Positions 9,597 through 19,659 of a DNA stretch of 64,000 nt are shown one piece after another. The translations under genes were made by a program, and so were the position numbers. Under the pieces are notes generated by a model. It did not search any database, was not told the DNA's origin, and worked only from the letters and a program-made list of their open reading frames with translations. Position 1 is the stretch's first letter, and each line of letters starts with the position of its first letter. This DNA comes from Candidatus Nomurabacteria bacterium (GTDB lineage: Bacteria > Patescibacteriota > Minisyncoccia > Phycocordibacterales > UBA918), in NCBI GenBank assembly GCA_020632035.1, contig JACKGG010000003.1, positions 36,534 through 100,533 on the forward strand, written 5' to 3'.

Positions 9597-10592
9597 GTGT
9601 TTGGAGAAATTTTGTTCCTAAGCCTCGTGATTGTGGTGCCTATTTCTGTTCATGCTGGCTTTTTCTCAAAGCTTTTTAATAATACTGAAGTAATAGCTTC
9701 TACCTTGGCTCCAGAAGCCACCCAGAGCGGAATAGATGTTCCCCTTCTTACTGCCCAGCAAAACCCCAACCCAATGGCCGCTAGAGGAGGAGCCGAGATT
9801 ATCGTTGAAGATAATGTGCTAGTTTCTACTGGACCGGTTGGAGACGATGTAATAGCAGAACAAAAAAGTAGTCTGGGAGAAATTCGCGTATACACCGTGC
9901 GTGAAGGAGACTCCCTTTCACAAGTTGCGGATATGTTTGGGGTCACTACCAATACTATTATGTGGGCAAATGATTTGACCAAAGCCACCGCTATCCAGCC
10001 AGGAGATTCTTTGGTCATTCTCCCAATTGCGGGAGTACGCCACGTGGTAAAGAAAGGAGACACCATGAGCACAATTGCCAAGAAATACGATGGCGATCAA
10101 GAAGAAATCCTTTCTTATAATCAGTTAAGTTCAGCCGATGATCTTAAAGTTGGTGACACTATAATCATTCCTGGGGGAGCGGTTCAGACACCTGCCCGCT
10201 CAGTTGCCTATGCTCAACCAGTTAGTTCATCTGGATCTAGTGCTTCATCTGCAGGTTTTGTGCACCCAGCTCCAGGTTCAGTCAAGACCCAGGGTATTCA
10301 TGGTTATAACGGCGTTGACCTAGCTGGAGCCTATGGCTCATCTATTCGAGCCACCGCCGCAGGAGAAGTAATTGTATCTAAAAGTTCAGGATGGAATGGC
10401 GGTTACGGTCAATATATAGTGATAAGACACCCAAATGGAACCCAAACCCTATACGCCCACCTTTCAGGTAATTCAGTTGGTGTTGGAGCTTATGTTTCAG
10501 CCGGCCAAGTGATAGGTACTATGGGAAGTACTGGTAAGTCTACTGGGACTCACCTGCACTTCGAGGTCCGCGGTGCACGCAACCCATTCTAG
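9597..10592 (+). CDS. LysM-repeat M23-family metallopeptidase (cell-wall hydrolase)
   Basis: Two LysM modules ('YTVREGDSLSQVA', 'HVVKKGDTMSTIA'). M23 'HLHFEV'. N-terminal signal peptide. Confidence 0.85.
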   Translation: MFGEILFLSLVIVVPISVHAGFFSKLFNNTEVIASTLAPEATQSGIDVPLLTAQQNPNPMAARGGAEIIVEDNVLVSTGPVGDDVIAEQKSSLGEIRVYTVREGDSLSQVADMFGVTTNTIMWANDLTKATAIQPGDSLVILPIAGVRHVVKKGDTMSTIAKKYDGDQEEILSYNQLSSADDLKVGDTIIIPGGAVQTPARSVAYAQPVSSSGSSASSAGFVHPAPGSVKTQGIHGYNGVDLAGAYGSSIRATAAGEVIVSKSSGWNGGYGQYIVIRHPNGTQTLYAHLSGNSVGVGAYVSAGQVIGTMGSTGKSTGTHLHFEVRGARNPF

Positions 10593-10906
10593 GCGAATTA
10601 CTTCGTTGCACTACGAAAAAAGACCCTCTCTGGACACGTGCCCCACTCGGGTCTTTTTTCTTGTTCGCCTCCTTCTTCATACTAGAATAGGTTTCGTTGG
10701 TAAAAAACATTTTATACACTACACTTTGTTGCCTCGTGTGGAATTCTAAAATGGATTCCTGGAAACACGAATCATACTAAAGTGATCTTTTTATTCAATT
10801 TATTAGAATAATTTAATGTACCAGTGTACGCCTCAAAATATTTTCTTCATTTACCTCGTACTTCATCCCAGAATGGATTCCTCACATTTGATATTTTTTA
10901 ATATAC

Positions 10907-12421
10907 TTACAAACTCACGCGATATTGTAAGGCTTCAAGGAGGTGGCTGGTCTCGATCTCTTCACTTCCGTCCAAATCTGCTATGGTGCGTGCCACTTTA
11001 ACTAAACGGTGGTAACTACGGGGTGAAAGATTTAACTTAGCACTCGAAATTTTGAGTAAATCTTTTACCTCTTCTTTTAGACTAATGAGTTCTTCTATAT
11101 CTCTAGCCGACATACCAGAGTTAGTGTTTGTATCTGTTTTCAAAAAGCGATTAGACTGAAGGGCGCGGGCTGAAAGTATTTGTTCGCGAGCATTTTTTGT
11201 TTCTTCGACTTTACTCGGTAGCGAAGTTAGAGTGTCATACGGTACATGTGGAACTTCAAGCCATAAATCGATACGGTCGAGGATTGGCCCCGACACCTTG
11301 TTCTTATAAGTTTCATGCATTGCTCGAGCTAGGTCGGTGGTACCGTCTTCGCTTCCTCGATAGGGATTTAGAGCTGCGACAAGAATAAAATCTGCTGGAA
11401 ACTCGGCTGTACTTTGTACTCGAGAAATTGAAACTGTTCGTTCTTCAAGTGGCTGGCGTAGTGCGTCGAGGGAACGCCGGTCAAACTCCGGAAATTCGTC
11501 CATAAAAAGTACGCCGTGATGAGCCAGGGTAACTTCACCTGGTTTGGGATGAGCACCACCGCCAACTAATGAGGTATGAGAAGCGGTGTGATGAGGGCTC
11601 CTGAACGGAGGTTTGGTACTAATAGAAAAATCACTGTTTGCTACTGAATGAATGGCTGTGACCTCTAAAGATTCTTTTCGAGTCAAAGGTGGCAAAAGTG
11701 CTCTAAGAGCCCTAGCTAACATGGTTTTGCCGGTCCCTGGAGGTCCGACCAGCATTACGTTGTGTCTGCCAGCGGCAGCAATAATGAGTCCGCGCTTAGC
11801 ACTTTCTTGTCCCTTTATATCCTCTAAATTGACTGTGCTTTCGTGCCAGTGACCATCTACCTTAGTTAGAGGTTGGGCATTTAGTTTTAAGTCCAAGTCT
11901 TCTCCTGGCTTTATGTGCCCTATTACCTCATTAAGATTGTTGGCTGGATATATTGAAATTCCTTCAATCAGAGCTGACTCCTCTGCATTTTCTTTGGGCA
12001 CAATAATTTCTTGGTAACCAGCCTCCTTGGCGGCTCGAGTGGCATTGAGAGAACCTCTGACAGGCCTAAGTGTACCATCAAGGCTAAGTTCACCGATGAA
12101 AATCCTTTTTACTTCATCTATCTCAATCTCTCCCGAAGCTACCAAGTACGCAATAGCGATTGGTAGATCAAACAACGGCCCTTCCTTTTTTAGATCAGCC
12201 GGAGAAAGTGAAATAACCACCTTTTGGTTTTTAGCTTTAGGTGAAGTGTAGCCAGAATGCTTGATGGCGCTCCCGACCCGATCTTTAGATTCGTCAACCG
12301 CTTTACTGGCTAAACCAACTACAGAGAAAGAGTGTAACCCTCGTGAAATATCTGCTTCAATATTTATTACCGTACCTCGAAGAATGTCTGGTTGAACGGT
12401 GTGGACTCTTGCAATCGCCAT
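10907..12421 (-). CDS. comM: Mg-chelatase-like AAA+ protein YifB/ComM
   Basis: 504 aa. 'MLVGPPGTGKTMLA'. ChlI-like N-terminal Lon-type domain. Confidence 0.9.
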   Translation of the reverse strand: MAIARVHTVQPDILRGTVINIEADISRGLHSFSVVGLASKAVDESKDRVGSAIKHSGYTSPKAKNQKVVISLSPADLKKEGPLFDLPIAIAYLVASGEIEIDEVKRIFIGELSLDGTLRPVRGSLNATRAAKEAGYQEIIVPKENAEESALIEGISIYPANNLNEVIGHIKPGEDLDLKLNAQPLTKVDGHWHESTVNLEDIKGQESAKRGLIIAAAGRHNVMLVGPPGTGKTMLARALRALLPPLTRKESLEVTAIHSVANSDFSISTKPPFRSPHHTASHTSLVGGGAHPKPGEVTLAHHGVLFMDEFPEFDRRSLDALRQPLEERTVSISRVQSTAEFPADFILVAALNPYRGSEDGTTDLARAMHETYKNKVSGPILDRIDLWLEVPHVPYDTLTSLPSKVEETKNAREQILSARALQSNRFLKTDTNTNSGMSARDIEELISLKEEVKDLLKISSAKLNLSPRSYHRLVKVARTIADLDGSEEIETSHLLEALQYRVSL

Positions 12422-12426
12422 AGAAC

Positions 12427-12801
12427 CTACATCACTAATTCCCTCTCACGATCTATATTTGCTAAATTTGTTCGAGCGGCCGGGTTAGTATTTAGTCGCT
12501 CAATCTCGATTGGTTCGCCACTTATTTCACAAATACCGAAAGTTCCATTGGCAATTTTCTCTAAGGCTCGTTTAATATTTCGATAGCGGATTTCAAGTTG
12601 TGCCAGTGAGGCGCGTCTCTCGTTCCATTCCTCAACTGCATCTGCTTCAACGTTATCATCGGCGGTTTTTAGATCTTCTGCCACTGGTACTGCCACCCAG
12701 TCATCTGAGTTAGGACTTCTTTTTGCTATGGTTTTAAGTTCAGTGGTTAGTGACGCTAGTTCTGTTTCAAGTATTGTTTTAAATTTAGCGTTTTTTGTCA
12801 T
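12427..12801 (-). CDS. DksA/TraR-like small protein (no complete C4 zinc finger)
   Basis: 124 aa. Coiled-coil N-terminus plus C-terminal 'GTFGICEISGEPIEIERL' resembling the DksA/TraR tail. Only one Cys. Confidence 0.45.
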   Translation of the reverse strand: MTKNAKFKTILETELASLTTELKTIAKRSPNSDDWVAVPVAEDLKTADDNVEADAVEEWNERRASLAQLEIRYRNIKRALEKIANGTFGICEISGEPIEIERLNTNPAARTNLANIDRERELVM

Positions 12802-12812
12802 AGGTAATATTG

Positions 12813-14651
12813 TTATTTAGAAAATTTTGACACAATCATTTTTTCGAGATCACCTTTGCTGGCTGCTACTAAAGCAGTATTGTCATCTATTATGCAGTAA
12901 ACCAGAACAGTTTCTCCGTTTTGGATTAGAGCTCGAACATCCAAACCTTGCACATCACCATCAACGAAGCTCGCGTTAGAGCTTGGCTCATAACCATAAA
13001 AAGATGCAAAATCAGTACCCATAGTAGTTTCCCAGCTTAAGAATCCACCCCTAACAGTAATGTCGTCTATAAATTTAAGTAATAGTACCTCTTCACTATT
13101 AGAGGAAATCAAGAAACGTGCATTGGTCAATGATTGTTTTAGTGTTGGCGCGGCTTGAAATTCTAACAATTCAAATACGTATGATGGACCGACTTCTTCC
13201 CCAGCCGGTGATACAAAAGCGATTTCAGTAATGCTCACATCAGACGGCCTTGTTTCAGAATTGACCTGCTGAGGAAGAGAATTGATATTTTCTGCACTAA
13301 GGGCAATAGTGGTAAGGTTGGAGTCCTGAAGCAATACCTTGACTGGAGCAACAGTTGGAGTAGAAGAGTCCAGACCATTACTCATATATAAGATAAACAG
13401 TCTAGAAATGACAATTATAATAACGATACCAATAATGGTTAGCAGGGTTATGACAGTAAGAGTATTGGTATCAACCCTTTCAATGAACGACAGCTGATTT
13501 GTTCGCTCTCTTACTTTTGTATAACTTTGAATCGGTTCGAGCTCTGGCTCAGGTTCCACAGTTGGTGTAGGAACATAAACTTCATTTTCGGGTTGCTCTG
13601 GCTCAATCGGTGGGATTACATCCTCTACCTCAGGAACAACCACACTAGTTTCAACCTCTGGTATTTTAGTCTCATGTATTTCTGGTATTGGCTCGACAAC
13701 CGGAGCTTCTGGAACTTTGACTGGTTCTGGCTGTACCCATGGAGCAGGCGCATCCCAACGGTGGTCATCTTCTGACGGTGGCGGAGGAATAGAGGGTCTT
13801 GGCCTGACTATGTTTTGCTTGAGAGGAAGCGTTGGGGTCGGTGGTGCTAAAGGAGCAGCTGGACGTTTTTTATATTCAAATTTTACATTCTGAACAGCCG
13901 CCGGAGGAGTCTCGTCAGGAGCCTCTAGTAGATTATATCCAGGATCAGTGTATGGCGACCACAATGTTTCAGCCTCATCTTCTTTTTGAGCCAGTGCAGC
14001 TTGCTGTTGTCGATGACGTATTTGTGCCTTTAAGGTTTCGCTATCGGCAGTAAAGATGGAACCAGTTTTAGTGGTAGCTTTTTGAATTACTCCTTTGCGA
14101 CGACTAGCTTCCGGTACGGTGTATTTTGGAGTTTTCTTTTTTCTTGGTTTAGTGACTTCTTTGTACCACTCTCGCAATGATTTAGAAACAGATGAAAATA
14201 GGTCCATCTTATTGTTCTTGGTGTCGGTAATTATTGTAGCGTCTAGACCGATGTTTCTCTTTATCGGCTCTGGCTCTGTTTTAGGGTCGGTTTTTTTCTT
14301 CTTTGGTTTAGATTTCTTGGCTGGCTGAGCCTCTAGGTTAGAAACCTGCTTGTGTACCTCATGATAAGCCGGAAAGTGTTTTGGTTCAGGTTTGGTAGAG
14401 CTTGTTTTTGTTGGCTCCTCAGCAACAAAGTGCTCCATCTTCACAGGCTTTGTCTCCGGCTTTGGGGCCGGTGTTTTTGTGGGCGCATCTTCTTTAATAA
14501 CTTGGTTTATTTCTGTTTCTAAAGATACTGTGGGTTTGGGGACAGTGTGAGACACTGGAGGTACCGTATTATCACGGTTTTTTCGATGTTCATCCAAATC
14601 CCCAGCAAACGTACGGATCCTAGGAGAGACCTTTTTGGATATATCAGACAT
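12813..14651 (-). CDS. proline/lysine-rich single-pass membrane protein, function unknown
   Basis: 612 aa. PEPEPE/PxP low-complexity N-terminal region. One TM ('LTVITLLTIIGIVIIIVISRLFILY'). Globular C-terminal domain. Confidence 0.7.
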   Translation of the reverse strand: MSDISKKVSPRIRTFAGDLDEHRKNRDNTVPPVSHTVPKPTVSLETEINQVIKEDAPTKTPAPKPETKPVKMEHFVAEEPTKTSSTKPEPKHFPAYHEVHKQVSNLEAQPAKKSKPKKKKTDPKTEPEPIKRNIGLDATIITDTKNNKMDLFSSVSKSLREWYKEVTKPRKKKTPKYTVPEASRRKGVIQKATTKTGSIFTADSETLKAQIRHRQQQAALAQKEDEAETLWSPYTDPGYNLLEAPDETPPAAVQNVKFEYKKRPAAPLAPPTPTLPLKQNIVRPRPSIPPPPSEDDHRWDAPAPWVQPEPVKVPEAPVVEPIPEIHETKIPEVETSVVVPEVEDVIPPIEPEQPENEVYVPTPTVEPEPELEPIQSYTKVRERTNQLSFIERVDTNTLTVITLLTIIGIVIIIVISRLFILYMSNGLDSSTPTVAPVKVLLQDSNLTTIALSAENINSLPQQVNSETRPSDVSITEIAFVSPAGEEVGPSYVFELLEFQAAPTLKQSLTNARFLISSNSEEVLLLKFIDDITVRGGFLSWETTMGTDFASFYGYEPSSNASFVDGDVQGLDVRALIQNGETVLVYCIIDDNTALVAASKGDLEKMIVSKFSK

Positions 14652-14717
14652 TACATCTAGTATCGCATGATTTGAGTCATTTGTGAGACCTTTTTTTCTC
14701 TGACTGTGGGCTTCTGG

Positions 14718-16838
14718 TTACTTATTTGGAGTCTCAAAACCGCGTTTCTTTGCAAAATCAGGGTCAATTTGCTTGATAGACAAGCCAATTTTTCCGTCTT
14801 CCACCTTAGATACCACAACAGTCACCACCTCCCCCTCTTTTAATAGGCCCTCCAAAGATTCAATCCTAAAGGGAGCTATCTCAGAAATATGAATTAGCCC
14901 TTCGTTGTATGCATCAAGTTTTGCAAAAGCGCCAAAAGTCGCAATTTTAACGATAGTTACTTCTAGTTTTTCACCTACTACGTAGACTTTTGTCAAAGCT
15001 CGGATTTTGTCAGCAGCAAGCTCAGCTGTACCATTTTTGCCAGAAATAAAGATGGTTCCATCTTCTTCTATGGTTATTTCTTCAACTCCCGTTGAGTCTT
15101 TGATTCCATTAATGGTTTTACCACCACCACCGATCACTAGCCCGATTTGATCAGGCAAGATTTTGAGTGTGACTATTTGTGGAGCACGCGGAGAAATTTC
15201 TTTTCTTGGTTCAGCAATTTCAGCGGTCATGGTTTTTAAAATATGCAGTCTGGCTAAACGTGCTTTTTCTAGCGCCTCTACTAAAATGTGTAGTGGTACC
15301 CCATCTACTTTTACATCCATCTGGATAGCAGTTACTCCTTCAGTAGTTCCAGCTACTTTAAAGTCCATGTCTCCAAATTCGTCTTCTGGCCCTTGGATAT
15401 CAGTCAAGACAGCATACTGGTTGCCGGAGATCATTACCCCGGAAGCGATTCCAGCTACTGGTCTAGTGATAGGAACCCCACCATCCATTAGCGCCAAAAT
15501 AGATCCACAAACAGAACCCATGGAGCTTGAACCATTACTAGATAAAGTTTCCGAAACTAAGCGAATGGTGTACGGGAAATCTTCCTGCGACGGGATAACT
15601 GGCAGGATAGCTTTTTCAGCTAAGGCACCATGACCAATCATGCGTCTATTAAAACCTCCAACTCGGCCAGTTTCTCCGACCGAAAATGGCGGGAAGTTGT
15701 AGTGGTGAATAAAGCGCTTTTTGTAGTCTTGAGATTCGATGGTGTCTATCATCTGAGCTGCGTCTGGTCCGCCTAGAGTCAGAGCAGAGAAAATATGTGT
15801 GCCTCCTCGATAGAAAATTCCTGATCCATGTAGTACCGGAGACACTCCCCCAGCCTTGGCGTAGAGCTCTCGAACCTCATCCATCGCTCGTCCGTCTGCT
15901 CGCTTACTTTCTTCTAATGCTCCACGATGAAGCTCTAAATCAACCATGTTTTCAAAGAAATCACTAGACACTTTCTCATCTAAATCTAATGCCTTTATCT
16001 CTTGCAAAAATTCGTCCTTAACTTCGTAGATATGAGACTTGCCAGCTTTGCTACTGAAGATTGCCTTAGACAGTTTTTCCTTAAAATTATTTTCAAACAA
16101 TGAAGAAATTTCTAAAGATATTTCCTTGGTTGGTTCTGGTTGCTTTTCTTTACCAATTGAAACAACAATTTCTTTTTGCCAATTTTCTAGTTTTTTGTGT
16201 AGGGCAATCGAGGTTTCAAAAACATCTGCTATGTCTGATTCGGATACTTCGTGCGAGGCAGTCTCGATCATGTTGATGGTGCCTTCTTTTCCACAAGATA
16301 GCACCTCAAAGTCCAATAGGTTTTCCGCTCGTTCTAAGTAGGTCGGATTAATTACCACTTCTTGTGTTTTTTTATTTCGGCCGATCCGAACAGCTCCTAC
16401 CGGGCCACGCCAAGGAATGTCAGAAACAGAAAGTGCCAAGGAGGCTCCGATCACCCCAAGTACATCGGGGTCATCTTCACCCATGGCAAGTACTGACACT
16501 ACAACCTGGATGTCTTTCCGCATATGATGATTGAAAAGTGGACGAATGGTTCGGTCAACAATTCGCGCCGATAAAATTGCTTCGTCGCTTGGCCGACCTT
16601 CTCGTCGCATAAACCGACTACCAAGTATTTGCCCAGCAGCATAAAACTTTTCTTCAAATTCTACCGACAAAGGAAAATAGTTCATGTTACTTTCTCGGTC
16701 ACTCATTACGGCTGTTACCAAGATGGCGGTTTCACCGTATTTAAGTAGTACTGAACCATTGGCCTGTTCGGTTAGGTTAGTAAATTCTGCTACTAATGTT
16801 TTACCAGCCAGTACCAAAGAAAAAGATTGTGATTTCAT
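14718..16838 (-). CDS. pnp: polyribonucleotide nucleotidyltransferase (PNPase)
   Basis: 706 aa. Two RNase PH domains, KH and S1 ('GEKLEVTIVKIATFGAFAKL'). Confidence 0.95.
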   Translation of the reverse strand: MKSQSFSLVLAGKTLVAEFTNLTEQANGSVLLKYGETAILVTAVMSDRESNMNYFPLSVEFEEKFYAAGQILGSRFMRREGRPSDEAILSARIVDRTIRPLFNHHMRKDIQVVVSVLAMGEDDPDVLGVIGASLALSVSDIPWRGPVGAVRIGRNKKTQEVVINPTYLERAENLLDFEVLSCGKEGTINMIETASHEVSESDIADVFETSIALHKKLENWQKEIVVSIGKEKQPEPTKEISLEISSLFENNFKEKLSKAIFSSKAGKSHIYEVKDEFLQEIKALDLDEKVSSDFFENMVDLELHRGALEESKRADGRAMDEVRELYAKAGGVSPVLHGSGIFYRGGTHIFSALTLGGPDAAQMIDTIESQDYKKRFIHHYNFPPFSVGETGRVGGFNRRMIGHGALAEKAILPVIPSQEDFPYTIRLVSETLSSNGSSSMGSVCGSILALMDGGVPITRPVAGIASGVMISGNQYAVLTDIQGPEDEFGDMDFKVAGTTEGVTAIQMDVKVDGVPLHILVEALEKARLARLHILKTMTAEIAEPRKEISPRAPQIVTLKILPDQIGLVIGGGGKTINGIKDSTGVEEITIEEDGTIFISGKNGTAELAADKIRALTKVYVVGEKLEVTIVKIATFGAFAKLDAYNEGLIHISEIAPFRIESLEGLLKEGEVVTVVVSKVEDGKIGLSIKQIDPDFAKKRGFETPNK

Positions 16839-16960
16839 AAATTTTATTTATGAGCTGGTCACGATGAGACATTTGAATTTTCTCAAATATCCTCTCGTGT
16901 ACAGCTCATTTGTAATCAACTGAGAATATCAAAATATCAGGAAAAGCTCCACTCTGGGAA

Positions 16961-17000
16961 AAGAAGACAGCCGGCCCCAATGGGGGCCGGCTGTCTTCTT
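16961..17000. terminator. GC-rich hairpin terminator (bidirectional)
   Basis: gaagacagccggcccc-aatg-ggggccggctgtcttc. Confidence 0.6.
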
Positions 17001-17006
17001 CATACA

Positions 17007-17615
17007 CTAATCTAACAATCCATCAGTGTCTGTGCCCACCACATTGTTGGTGGTTGTTCTTTTACGAGTTTGGCCTCTGCTATTACGAGCGGTACTTTTT
17101 TTTGCCTGTCTGTACCCAATGAGAAACTTCTTTGGATTTTCTCCTAGGTCGATGAAATCATCAACTTCTGCTTTTAGTCCAGACGAAGCTGAACGGCCAA
17201 AAGTAATCGCCTCAACCTGACAGCCAAGACTTTTTACATATTCTACACACGGAATGAAGTCGCCATCTCCAGTCGCTAGAACTATAGCGTCAACTTTGTG
17301 CGCCATTTTAATAGCGTCAACCGCCATTCCTACGTCCCAGTCAGCCTTCTTTGCCCCACCGTAAAATATTTGTAGATCTTTAGTTTTGATTTCAATTCCA
17401 ACCTTCTCCATTGCTTCGAAGAAAGCAGATTCCTCCCCACCCTCAGTATTAACTACGTAAGAGATTGCCCGAATTAGTTTGCGTCCTTGCACGGCTTCGT
17501 TTACTACCGCTGCGAAGTTTACTTTAGATTTGTATAAATTTTTTGCACTGTGATACAAGTTTTGTGTATCAATGATTACCGCGACTCTTTGGTCGGGGTG
17601 TCGGATTACTCCCAT
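17007..17615 (-). CDS. NYN/LabA-like domain protein
   Basis: 202 aa. 'VAVIIDTQNLY', 'VDAIVLATGDGDFIPCVEYVK' (PIN-like NYN signature). Confidence 0.75.
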   Translation of the reverse strand: MGVIRHPDQRVAVIIDTQNLYHSAKNLYKSKVNFAAVVNEAVQGRKLIRAISYVVNTEGGEESAFFEAMEKVGIEIKTKDLQIFYGGAKKADWDVGMAVDAIKMAHKVDAIVLATGDGDFIPCVEYVKSLGCQVEAITFGRSASSGLKAEVDDFIDLGENPKKFLIGYRQAKKSTARNSRGQTRKRTTTNNVVGTDTDGLLD

Positions 17616-17876
17616 ATATTATGTATATTAATTATTTAAAATTTGTTCTGGTCTTGTGTAAAACATCTCATGTAGTCATTCTAGCCAAACCCACCTAGTC
17701 AGTACTCGATTCGCACGCTCCTTGCACGCCCCAGCCAAACCCACCCGTGCATAGTCGCTACTCACTGAGTACCAACTAGGCAGGTCTGCCTATATTGTTG
17801 CTTCAAAAATCTGATTACTGTAGTTACACTATACCGTGAAACGAACATTCGCTCCAGAGTGGAGCGAATGTGTAAC

Positions 17877-18143
17877 TTATCTTTTTAGACCAAGTTTCTT
17901 GATGAGAGCGTCGTAAGACTTCTCATCTTTCTTTTGAAGATACTTTAGGTGCTTGCGACGATCCGCAACCATCTGTAGAAGTCCTCGACGTGAGTGGAAG
18001 TCTTTCTTGTGCTTCCGAAGATGCGTAGATAGTTCCTCAATCTGACGGGTCAAAAGGGCAACTTGTGCCTCTGGTGAACCAGTGTCAGTGTCGTGACGAC
18101 GAGTGTTCTTTAAAGTATTTTCTTTTATTCGCTTTGATAGCAT
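17877..18143 (-). CDS. rpsO: 30S ribosomal protein S15
   Basis: 88 aa. '[25 protein letters not shown]'. Classic rpsO-pnp neighbourhood. Confidence 0.9.
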   Translation of the reverse strand: MLSKRIKENTLKNTRRHDTDTGSPEAQVALLTRQIEELSTHLRKHKKDFHSRRGLLQMVADRRKHLKYLQKKDEKSYDALIKKLGLKR

Positions 18144-18481
18144 AGTGTAATTTGTTTACGTAGCCAGCAGTGTATGTGTCCGCTCATAGTGTGAAACACT
18201 CGTCGGCACCGCTCGGTACGGAATAATAACAACCTGCGCGCCCCTTCGGCGTAAGCCGTTGGAAGTACTCCTGGGGTGAAGGTTCCGACTATAATAGCAT
18301 ATTTTTATGTAAAGTCAACAAATTAAAGCCCGCAATGTATAATTTTCTCGTAGTAATTTGTACTGCTTGCTACAGCCAGATTCAGACCTAGGAAAGGGTC
18401 TGAATCGTAGCTACGCTACTCGTTGCCTCATTCAAAAAATCAAGCCTCAAAGTAAGGGCTGGTAGTTGTTGTGCTTGACCC

Positions 18482-18575
18482 ATTACTCCCAACATATTTT
18501 TCACGTGCTTCGATGAAAATCAATTTTGGTTTACAATTATATCCCCGCAGATGTTCAAAATATGTTGGGAGTAAT
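18482..18575. repeat. 19-bp perfect inverted repeat pair (attactcccaacatatttt / aaaatatgttgggagtaat) separated by 56 bp, upstream of xerC/D-like gene
   Basis: Seen in sequence. Confidence 0.6.
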
Positions 18576-18666
18576 AGGCCCTCATTTAGGTGCATGTATG
18601 ATTTGCTTAGTTGCCTGTTTCCCAACGTCGCAAAACATCGACTGCAGTTGGTATACTTAAATCACT

Positions 18667-19578
18667 ATGAACCTAGTGGAACTGAAACGGCAATTTCTTG
18701 AGTACTTAGAAATCGAGCGGGGAAGAAGTGTGAAGACAGTTGAAAACTACGATCGTTACCTAGAACGCTTCTTCGAATTCGCTAAAGTTAAAGCGCCAAA
18801 AGATTTGACTGAGGAACAAATTAGAGAATTTCGTTTGTATCTCAATCGACAACCCGGTACAAAAGTTGGCGGTCGGATGGAGCCCATGAAACGTCGGACA
18901 CAGAATTATTACCTGATTGCCTTGAGGGTGTTTCTTAAGTTTCTCCGTAAGCGAGGGATTGAATCTCTAAATCCTGAAAGAATAGAATTGGCCAAAGTTC
19001 CTGGGCGTTCACTCGACCTCATCTCCCCCACCGAGCTAAAACGTCTTATGTCTGCGCCAAACACAAAAACTCTTGAAGGCAAAAGAGACAAGGCAATTCT
19101 GGAACTTTTCTTTTCAACCGGTTTGCGTATTTCTGAACTATGCGGACTTTCGATTGACGATGTAGATTTAACTCGTGATGAATTTTCAGTTCGAGGAAAA
19201 GGTGACAAAGTGCGAGTAGTATTTATTTCGGATGAAGCGCGCTCTTCCCTTCAGGATTATTTGAAACATCGTAAAGACATGGATGATGCACTTTTTGTTC
19301 GCTACGGACGAAAGGTAAATGACGGAGGAGATCTACGAATTTCACCAAGAGCCGTTCAAAGAATTCTTAAAAAATATGCGACGCAAGCTGGTATCACTCG
19401 TAAGGTTACTCCGCACGTTATTCGGCACAGCTTCGCAACTGACTTACTTAGTAATGGTGCTGACTTGAGAAGTGTGCAAGCGCTACTCGGTCACGCTAAC
19501 ATTGGAACGACTCAAGTTTATACTCACGTCACCGGCAAGCACTTAAGAGAAGTACATAAAAAATTTCACGGTAAGTAA
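18667..19578 (+). CDS. tyrosine site-specific recombinase XerC/XerD family
   Basis: 303 aa. 'RHSFATDLLSNGADLRSVQALLGHANIGTTQVYTHV' (R-H-R-Y catalytic C-terminus). Confidence 0.85.
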   Translation: MNLVELKRQFLEYLEIERGRSVKTVENYDRYLERFFEFAKVKAPKDLTEEQIREFRLYLNRQPGTKVGGRMEPMKRRTQNYYLIALRVFLKFLRKRGIESLNPERIELAKVPGRSLDLISPTELKRLMSAPNTKTLEGKRDKAILELFFSTGLRISELCGLSIDDVDLTRDEFSVRGKGDKVRVVFISDEARSSLQDYLKHRKDMDDALFVRYGRKVNDGGDLRISPRAVQRILKKYATQAGITRKVTPHVIRHSFATDLLSNGADLRSVQALLGHANIGTTQVYTHVTGKHLREVHKKFHGK

Positions 19579-19606
19579 AAAGACCACAAGCTTTACTCAC
19601 AGTCTC

Positions 19607-19640
19607 AAAAAACCCCGAGGTTCGACCTCGGGGTTTTTTT
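19607..19640. terminator. rho-independent terminator
   Basis: aaaaccccgaggttcgacctcggggttttttt. Confidence 0.7.
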
Positions 19641-19659
19641 GGTTTTCTTTAATTCAGCT

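Noticed and set aside
17616-17876. Possible CRISPR-like or tandem repeats (agccaaacccacc x2)
   Set aside because: Only two short direct repeats with unequal spacing and no array structure. No CRISPR array was found anywhere in the window.
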